Origin: Aciduliprofundum boonei T469
GTDB taxonomy: Archaea > Thermoplasmatota > Thermoplasmata > Thermoplasmatales > Aciduliprofundaceae
Assembly (NCBI RefSeq): GCF_000025665.1
Contig: NC_013926.1
Coordinates: 1,050,001-1,082,000, forward strand
DNA: 32,000 nucleotides
Reading direction: 5' to 3'
This document shows, piece by piece, positions 22,990 to 30,532 of the stretch (positions are counted from its first letter, which is position 1; every line of letters starts with the position of its first letter). The position numbers and the translations under genes were made by a program. The notes under the pieces were generated by a model, which ran no database searches, was not told where the DNA came from, and saw nothing but the letters and a program-made list of their open reading frames with translations.

Positions 22990-23641
22990 CCCAAAAATAG
23001 TAAGTGCGCTTAAGCAAATTGCATTATACGGAGGAAATAGAGATTTTGTAGAAATTTCTACATCAAATTTCGGTAAGGACTTGGGAATAAGTCAGCAGAG
23101 TGCTTCCAGAAGAATTAGAGACTTGGAAAGCAATGGATTTGTAGATATAAGAAGATTTGGAAAGAAAATATGGGTAAAGATCACAAAAAAAGGTATGGAT
23201 TTATTAAAGAAAGAGGCCATGGATTACAGAAGGATTTTTGAGATTGCAGAGAAGATCGAAATAACTGGAGAGGTTATAAGTGGTTTGGGCGAGGGAAAGT
23301 ATTACATAATGAAGGATGGATATTTCAACCAGATAAAAGAAAAACTATTTTTTGAGCCGTATCCAGGAACTTTGAATGTAAGAGTTTATGCAAGAGACAT
23401 TGAGAAAGTAGAGATGTTGCACAATCTTCCAGGAATATTGATAAAAGGATTTGTGTCTGAGGGAAGAACATTTGGTAATGTAAAGGCATTTCTTTGCACG
23501 ATAAACGGTAAAGATGCGGCAGTGATAATGCCTGAAAGAAGTCACTATACAGATGTTGTTGAAATAATTGCAGATAAAAGTTTGAGAAAGGAGTTGAATT
23601 TAGAGGATGGCTCCATAGTGGATATCGTTATTTTTCCTTAA
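22982..23641 (+). CDS. rbkR: HTH-fused CTP-dependent riboflavin kinase (RbkR-type bifunctional regulator/kinase)
   Basis: An N-terminal wHTH (LGISQQSASRRIRDLESNGFV) followed by the archaeal RibK domain (GEVISGLGEGKYY...YPGTLNV...PERSHY). ATG 22982 with GGTGA SD, overlapping the PIN gene end by 8 nt. Confidence 0.8.
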   Translation: MIDPKIVSALKQIALYGGNRDFVEISTSNFGKDLGISQQSASRRIRDLESNGFVDIRRFGKKIWVKITKKGMDLLKKEAMDYRRIFEIAEKIEITGEVISGLGEGKYYIMKDGYFNQIKEKLFFEPYPGTLNVRVYARDIEKVEMLHNLPGILIKGFVSEGRTFGNVKAFLCTINGKDAAVIMPERSHYTDVVEIIADKSLRKELNLEDGSIVDIVIFP

Positions 23642-24101
23642 AGTATGTTTTCGATGATGTCTTCAACGCCCATCTCTCTCTCACAGTACTTGCATTTAAG
23701 TATAACGGGATTCTTTGATATAACTTTGAACTCTGATACAACAGGCTCTCTTTGATTTGTTATGCATCTTGGGTTCATACATTTAACAATTCCAACTATC
23801 TCATCTGGCAATTCAACCTTATGCTTATTGACCACTTTATAATTCTCGATAACATTAACAGTTGCAGTTGGTGCAATTAACGCAATTTTATCAATTTCCC
23901 TTTCATCTAAAAATCTATCTTCTATTTTAACAACATCCTTGCATCCCATTCTACTCTTCACATGCATCACCAAGCTCACTGTAGAGCCAATATCTCCGTT
24001 TATATTTAAAATCTTTAAAACTTTCAGGGCCATGCCACACGGAATATGGTCTATGACTATTCCATTCCTTATTTTTTGAACTTTAAGTGTTTGCTCTTCC
24101 A

Positions 24102-24102
<1 letters not shown>
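23638..24102 (-). CDS. pyrI: Aspartate carbamoyltransferase regulatory chain
   Basis: 154 aa. LKVQKIRNGIVIDHI N-terminus and a C-terminal zinc domain CMNPRCITN...CKYCE. Confidence 0.92.
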
Positions 24103-25046
<944 letters not shown>

Positions 25047-25892
25047 TTACCTTTCAAGATATTTAGAGGACACAATTAAGGCTGCATTGAGAATTGCCTC
25101 CAAATCACCTATACAACTCATACCTGCAGCTTTTTTATGTCCTCCATATTTGCAGGAAAAATCTTCTGACAATTCTTTAAAAATATCGAGGAGATTTGCC
25201 TCCCTGCTTCTTCCTATAACCCTAACCTCATCTTTCCTTGCAGAGCCCACAAAAACAATGTCTGCGAAGGATATGAGCTCTGTGGCAACAATACTCTCAT
25301 TTGCACTTACTCTCGTGGCCACCACAATCTTGTTCCCGTAACTTCTGTATATAGCTCTCTGAAATCCCTTTAGCACCGATATTTTTTCACTGAATGTAAT
25401 GGGCATATCCACGATGGTGCGAATTTCTTGAAATTCTATATCATAGGCATTCATAATTTCGTAGAATATTTGCAAGGTTCTTCTATTGGCATGCTTGAAC
25501 CATAGTGTATCACTTATCATACCAGCAAGGAGCAATAGGGCTGCAAATCTAGATGGCTTCTTTTTGTGAATATCGTAAACCATTTCTGCACAAGAGGGGT
25601 AAGAAGGATCAACATACCTTTTATCTGCTTCAATATTGTTGCTCTCGTGATGATCGTATACCACATCAATTTTTAAGTTAGAGAACTTCCCTAGTTGCTC
25701 TCTGCTAGCAGTATCCACGGTGATAACTTCATCATAATCAAAATCTATATTATCTCTAACTTCCAAATTTTTCTCCCTCACAAGATTTTTAACATATCTA
25801 TCTAAACCATCGGAGACTATAACTGCATCACCTAGTATCTCAGATAAATAATAAGCGGAGGAAAACGCATCAATATCTGCATTCTTATGCAT
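25047..25892 (-). CDS. DHH/DHHA1-family phosphoesterase (NrnA-like)
   Basis: 281 aa. HKNADIDAFSSA (motif I/II) begins at residue 2, then VYDHHESN (DHH) and C-terminal GGHKKAAG (DHHA1). Confidence 0.75.
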   Translation of the reverse strand: MHKNADIDAFSSAYYLSEILGDAVIVSDGLDRYVKNLVREKNLEVRDNIDFDYDEVITVDTASREQLGKFSNLKIDVVYDHHESNNIEADKRYVDPSYPSCAEMVYDIHKKKPSRFAALLLLAGMISDTLWFKHANRRTLQIFYEIMNAYDIEFQEIRTIVDMPITFSEKISVLKGFQRAIYRSYGNKIVVATRVSANESIVATELISFADIVFVGSARKDEVRVIGRSREANLLDIFKELSEDFSCKYGGHKKAAGMSCIGDLEAILNAALIVSSKYLER

Positions 25893-25897
25893 TAAAA

Positions 25898-26263
25898 TTA
25901 TCCGGATACGGCTCCGCCCCCGTAAGCCGCAGCGAACTCTCTCTGTATCTCCTCATATTTTTTCTGCAATAGCTCCTGTTGTCTCTGTACCGCTTTTATT
26001 CTTAGCTCTAACATCTCTTTCTTCTCTTCTAACTCTTTCTTTACTTCATCCTTGCTTTTAGCTCTAACTAAAATGCTTCCAACATGCTTGTAAATAGGTG
26101 CATCATCACCCACTTTCTCCAACTCTTCCAAGCTCTTTTCAACTTCCTTCAAACTAACTTCCAGTTGATATCTCTGAGCTACTATAACTTCAAGCTCCCC
26201 CTGCAATTTTTGCGCCTGCTCAAGTTTCTCCTGTAGATGAGGAGTCAGATTCAATTCTACCAT
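25898..26263 (-). CDS. pfdB: Prefoldin beta subunit
   Basis: Coiled-coil / beta-hairpin / coiled-coil layout: ...QKLQGELEVIVAQRYQLE...PIYKHVGSILVRAKSKDEVKKELEEKKEMLELRIK... I prefer ATG 26263 with the GGAGGTGA SD at 26270-26277 over TTG 26269. Confidence 0.88.
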   Translation of the reverse strand: MVELNLTPHLQEKLEQAQKLQGELEVIVAQRYQLEVSLKEVEKSLEELEKVGDDAPIYKHVGSILVRAKSKDEVKKELEEKKEMLELRIKAVQRQQELLQKKYEEIQREFAAAYGGGAVSG

Positions 26264-26483
26264 TCTCAATCACCTCCATAATATCATACGCAAGCTCAAT
26301 CCATCTCAAATACGAGTTCAAGGCTGCCCTTAAGGCATGTGAATCATCCGCATCTATAATTATCTCCAAATTCTCATTAGAAACAATATTTACTTTCGTT
26401 CTAGGAATCTCTCTACCTGCTTCTACATTTAAAGCCTTGTATATCTCCTCGCTACCGGGCAGCTCTATGATTGCTCTTGGCAC
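26220..26483 (-). CDS. pcc1: KEOPS complex subunit Pcc1
   Basis: 87 aa. ...IIIDADDSHALRAALNSYLRWIELAYDIMEV is the Pcc1/CTAG signature. GTG start with a TATA-like ATTATTTATAG (26503-26513, minus strand) about 20 nt upstream. Confidence 0.8.
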   Translation of the reverse strand: MPRAIIELPGSEEIYKALNVEAGREIPRTKVNIVSNENLEIIIDADDSHALRAALNSYLRWIELAYDIMEVIENGRIESDSSSTGET

Positions 26484-26519
26484 ATGGGTGTATTTGCTTT
26501 CGCTATAAATAATATTGGC

Positions 26520-27572
26520 TCAATAACTTCTGCTTATCATATAATCTGCAAGCCAGAGTAGGAAATCTCTCATCTCTTCATCTTCTACTTCAATCCCTTT
26601 CAAATAATCTTTTGCCTCTTCTACCATCTTCTTTGCAAGGTTCTTGGAGTAATCTAAAGAGCCAGTGCGCCTAACAATTTCCCTCACTTTCTCCAACTGC
26701 TCGTATGTCACGGCAGGATTGCCCAAGGCTTGCATTATGATTTTTCTATCCTCCTCGCTTCCATTCTCAAGTGCCTTTATTATTAAGAGCGTCTTCTTGC
26801 CTTCTGCTAAATCACTCGTCACTGGCTTACCTATCCCCTCTTCACTTCCAAAGAGCCCCAATATATCATCTTGAAGCTGGAACGCTATGCCCACAGGTAT
26901 TGCATAATTTTCTATTCCCTCTGGCTCCTTACCTGCAAGGATTATGCCAAGAGCAAGGGGACCTTCAATCGTGTACCTTGCGGTCTTGTATTTATGCAAC
27001 AAGAGCAAATCTTCCTCTTTGAATTCCTCTAGAGCACCAGAGTATATGTCAATTATCTGCCCATAGCCCGTGTACTCAATAATCTCATTCAATTTATGGA
27101 TTGCCTTCACCTTTAGTTCTGCAGGGAAATCAGAGGAAGAAAGAATCTCCATGGCATAGGCGTTAGCTAAATCTCCTGCGATTATTGCCATACTTTCTCC
27201 AAATCTTATAGGTCTGCCACCGAATCCATTTTTAAGGTGTTTCTTCTCATATATTTTGTGCACGGTGTCCTTTCCTCTACGAAGGTCGCTTTCATCCATA
27301 ATGTCATCGTGGATGAGTAGATAACTCTGTATGAGCTCGAGAGATGATGATGCTTTTATTATCTCATCATTCTTGCCCCCCATCATCTTATATCCAACGA
27401 TCATCAAAATCGCACGAATTCTCTTTCCTCCACGAAGGGTGTATTCTTCGAGAATTTCACAGGCCTCGCGGGAGCTCCAGTGCTCCAAGCCCTTTTTCTT
27501 CTCCTTGAAAAATTCCTTCAAATTTTCTTCTACCTTCATCTTGTAATAACCCATAAGCTCTTTAGGTTCCAT
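26520..27572 (-). CDS. Short-chain trans-polyprenyl diphosphate synthase (geranylgeranyl/farnesylgeranyl diphosphate synthase type)
   Basis: 350 aa. First Asp-rich motif LIHDDIMDESDLRRG and second Asp-rich motif FQLQDDILG. Confidence 0.88.
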   Translation of the reverse strand: MEPKELMGYYKMKVEENLKEFFKEKKKGLEHWSSREACEILEEYTLRGGKRIRAILMIVGYKMMGGKNDEIIKASSSLELIQSYLLIHDDIMDESDLRRGKDTVHKIYEKKHLKNGFGGRPIRFGESMAIIAGDLANAYAMEILSSSDFPAELKVKAIHKLNEIIEYTGYGQIIDIYSGALEEFKEEDLLLLHKYKTARYTIEGPLALGIILAGKEPEGIENYAIPVGIAFQLQDDILGLFGSEEGIGKPVTSDLAEGKKTLLIIKALENGSEEDRKIIMQALGNPAVTYEQLEKVREIVRRTGSLDYSKNLAKKMVEEAKDYLKGIEVEDEEMRDFLLWLADYMISRSY

Positions 27573-27606
27573 TTTAACACCACGATAATGTAAAAAATAA
27601 TAGTTT

Positions 27607-28206
27607 TTATAGATTTGCCCTTCTTGATGGTCTTGCCTTCTCAGCGCCTATTCCCTTGTTTCTCAGCCCGCGTCCCTTCTTTCCTGCGCTTGTTAATCCT
27701 CGGAAAGCCCTACCCTTATGCTTCTTGCTGCATATCCAATTGATTTTCGGGTCGTTGCATATCGCAGGATGGTGTGTATCCACTAAAATCACCTCGTAAT
27801 AATGGTGCTTTCCATCCTCACCCACATAATAGGAGTTGAGGACCTCCATATTTGGATACTTTTTTGCGACTCTCTCCTCACCAATTCTCTGTATGCTCTT
27901 GCGCATTGGGATGCGATTTATACCTCTCCTCTTAGGCCTTCTTCCACCCTTTATTCTGCGCCTTTGCAAGTTTCCACGGCGAACTCTAACACGCACAACG
28001 ATGAACCCTTGCTTTGCTCTATACCCTAACTCTCTGGCTCTATCAATTCTTGTGGGCCTATCTACCCTAACAATAGCACCCTCATGTCTCCACTGAATCA
28101 TTCTCTGCCATTGTATATCTCGAACATATGTCTTCTTGTGCTCTTTCCAGGCATTTTTCACATATCCATACATATTAACGGCTCTTCTCTTCGGAAGTTG
28201 ATACAT
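27607..28206 (-). CDS. rpl15e: Large-subunit ribosomal protein L15e
   Basis: ...[10 protein letters not shown]...[40 protein letters not shown]... is unmistakably L15e. ATG 28206 has a GGAGG SD 8 nt upstream. The internal ATG 28173 matches the usual family N-terminus, so the start is ambiguous. Confidence 0.92.
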   Translation of the reverse strand: MYQLPKRRAVNMYGYVKNAWKEHKKTYVRDIQWQRMIQWRHEGAIVRVDRPTRIDRARELGYRAKQGFIVVRVRVRRGNLQRRRIKGGRRPKRRGINRIPMRKSIQRIGEERVAKKYPNMEVLNSYYVGEDGKHHYYEVILVDTHHPAICNDPKINWICSKKHKGRAFRGLTSAGKKGRGLRNKGIGAEKARPSRRANL

Positions 28207-28270
28207 CCTTTATTCCTCCTAGGGATTCCCCTGCGGGACATCTCCCCTTAAAAGCGGAATGAGAGTTTTG

Positions 28271-28279
28271 TATATATAA
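28271..28279 (-). promoter_or_regulatory. BRE/TATA (ACGAAGG-TTATATATA on minus strand) for rpl15e
   Basis: Sits in the 80-nt gap after the ABC permease stop, about 65 nt upstream of ATG 28206. Unlike most genes here, this implies a leader of roughly 40-50 nt. Confidence 0.5.
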
Positions 28280-28286
28280 CCTTCGT

Positions 28287-29762
28287 TTACCTACGCAGAA
28301 GAATCAATGTGCCTAAGAATATCCCAAAGGCTACAATCTCGCTCAACCATATAAGATGGAAAATTAGAGGTATGGAAATTATGCCCATTATAAACATTAG
28401 GATCAAAAACAGGATTATTAAATCCGTCTTCTTCAAATCGGGTATACCAATATCCTCCTCTTTGTAATGGAAATAGTAAAGCATAACTACAGATGAAGCA
28501 ATGAAGGGGAGGAGAAACACATAAGGAAGGAGAATCAAAGCATATAATCCATTATAATAAAGGGCAAGAATCAGAATTGCTATACCAATTCCCCACGGTA
28601 CAACGCTCATAGAGATTATCTTTCCCATAACAAAATCTTTCTTTTTTAATGGCAGAGTGCGAAGGAACTCGATAGCATTTATATCAATCTTCAATACAGA
28701 ATCTATACCTCCTGCCGAGAAGGCTCCTATCATCATAAGAATGATAGCTGCATTGAATATTGGAAATTTACCTGTACTTAAAACCATAAAAATTTGTGGA
28801 AAAACAATATAAAGGGTAATAAGAAATCCAGCAAGAAGTGCCGTTCTTCTAATCAGTACTTTCATATCCTTTCCAATAAGGGTAAATAGCGCTGAGCTGC
28901 TCTTTATTTTGTACTCTCTTATCCCTTTCTCTCCAAATACAACTCTTGGCTCCATAATTCTGCTCCATATTCTAAGGATCAAAATATAATAGAGGGGACC
29001 AAGCAGAGCTAGGTATAGAATCAAAAGAACTGTGGAAAATAAAGGATGAAATATTGTACCTGAGGAGAATGGAAACATTATAGAGTACTTACCTATCAAC
29101 CCAACCCATTCACCTGAGTGTTCCATTATGTATCTTTGCATATATACAAAGGCGTAAAATATACCAAAGAATAGGAAGAACAGGATTGCTCGAGCAACGC
29201 TTATCAATAACTCGCTCTTTCCTGCCCTCTGCTTTATTTTCAATCCGAACAGGATGAGAATCAAGAGCCCAACTATATGGCCCAAGAAAATTCCCGTGAA
29301 AAACCAGAGAAAGGATATAATCCCGGGCAAAGGATATTTGAGGGATATCACGATGGATGTGGGTAACACAATACCCAACGATGGAAGAATTTCTAGGAGG
29401 AGGTAAAAACTCAGATACTTTGAGCCTAATTTTATAGGTAAAGGTTTTAAAGGTTCAAAGACACCCATATAAACCACATTCGAGCCCTGTACAGAAGTAA
29501 TGAAAACTGCGAATATGAAGGGAATAAGAGAAAGGAATACAACATAGGTGGATATCATATCCACACTGGAAATTACAAATATACTCATACCACTAAATAA
29601 GCCAAAGAGTAAATAACTCAAAAATTGATAACCTATACCTTTTTTCATACTCAAAGCAGTTTTTAACGCATGATTGTATCTAACAGGATTATTCTTAAGC
29701 ATTGGATTTTTCTGAACGATACGATAATGAACCTCTCTGTAAATATACTTCACTATATTCAT
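28287..29762 (-). CDS. ABC-transporter permease, internally duplicated (about 2 x 6 TM), family unassigned
   Basis: 491 aa, strongly hydrophobic. Two halves are each preceded by a basic amphipathic segment (YREVHYRIVQKN... and LIGKDMKVLIRRTALLAGF...). GGTGGG SD; 8 nt after the ATPase gene. Confidence 0.7.
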   Translation of the reverse strand: MNIVKYIYREVHYRIVQKNPMLKNNPVRYNHALKTALSMKKGIGYQFLSYLLFGLFSGMSIFVISSVDMISTYVVFLSLIPFIFAVFITSVQGSNVVYMGVFEPLKPLPIKLGSKYLSFYLLLEILPSLGIVLPTSIVISLKYPLPGIISFLWFFTGIFLGHIVGLLILILFGLKIKQRAGKSELLISVARAILFFLFFGIFYAFVYMQRYIMEHSGEWVGLIGKYSIMFPFSSGTIFHPLFSTVLLILYLALLGPLYYILILRIWSRIMEPRVVFGEKGIREYKIKSSSALFTLIGKDMKVLIRRTALLAGFLITLYIVFPQIFMVLSTGKFPIFNAAIILMMIGAFSAGGIDSVLKIDINAIEFLRTLPLKKKDFVMGKIISMSVVPWGIGIAILILALYYNGLYALILLPYVFLLPFIASSVVMLYYFHYKEEDIGIPDLKKTDLIILFLILMFIMGIISIPLIFHLIWLSEIVAFGIFLGTLILLRR

Positions 29763-29770
29763 ATTCCCAC

Positions 29771-30532
29771 CTACAGAACTTCTTGTAGCGCTTGAATTAT
29801 GTTTGCCATCTCATTCTTGCTCTTTGTCAATTTTAAGAATATATCCTCTAAATTCTCCTCCTGTGCTTTTTCTCTTAACTCGTCCATGGTACCCTCTGCA
29901 ATTAACTTTCCCTCATAAATTAACCCTATTCTATCGCATATCATCTCCGCAAGGGGCAAAACATGTGTGGAGAATATTATGCTCTTTCCATCATCTCTAA
30001 ATTTAATCAGCAATTCTCTGAGAATTCTGGCACTTTTTGGATCTAATCCATTCATTGATTCGTCCATTATTATTACCTTTGGATCATGCAGAAATGAAGC
30101 GATAAGCGATATTTTTTGCTTTGTACCAAAGCTCAAAGTACCTATAAATTGGTTCATATATTTCCCTATTTCAAAAGCCTCTACAAACCTGTTTACCCTT
30201 TCTTTGAGGATTTTCTCATCAATACCTCTAATTCCGCCTATAAAGGAGAACAGCTCTGCAGGTGTCAAACTCTCGTAGAGTGTGGGAGTTTCAGGCACAT
30301 ATCCAATTATTTTCTTAACTTCCACAGGATTTGAAACCACATCAATACCCTCTATTTCCACTCTGCCTGCAGTTGGCTTTAGAACACCCGCAAGGATCTT
30401 CAATGTTGTGCTCTTTCCACTTCCATTGGGGCCTAAGAATCCGTATATCTCGCCATTTTCAACCTTAAAGCTGATACCATCTACAACAACCTTCTCAAAG
30501 TATTTTTTTACCAAGTTCTCAACTACTATCAA
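29771..30532 (-). CDS. ABC transporter ATP-binding protein (ABC-2/Ecs/Nat-like subfamily)
   Basis: Walker A GPNGSGKST, signature LSFGTKQK, Walker B VIIMDES and H-loop STH. TTG start supported by a GGAGGT SD 8 nt upstream; it overlaps the upstream stop (TTGA). Confidence 0.88.
   Translation of the reverse strand: MIVVENLVKKYFEKVVVDGISFKVENGEIYGFLGPNGSGKSTTLKILAGVLKPTAGRVEIEGIDVVSNPVEVKKIIGYVPETPTLYESLTPAELFSFIGGIRGIDEKILKERVNRFVEAFEIGKYMNQFIGTLSFGTKQKISLIASFLHDPKVIIMDESMNGLDPKSARILRELLIKFRDDGKSIIFSTHVLPLAEMICDRIGLIYEGKLIAEGTMDELREKAQEENLEDIFLKLTKSKNEMANIIQALQEVL

Noticed and set aside
26220-26269. Possibility that pcc1 and prefoldin-beta are one frameshifted fusion gene
   Set aside because: Each has its own start context: TATA plus GTG for pcc1, and a strong SD plus ATG for pfdB. 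Each is also full-length for its family. The overlap is ordinary operon compaction.
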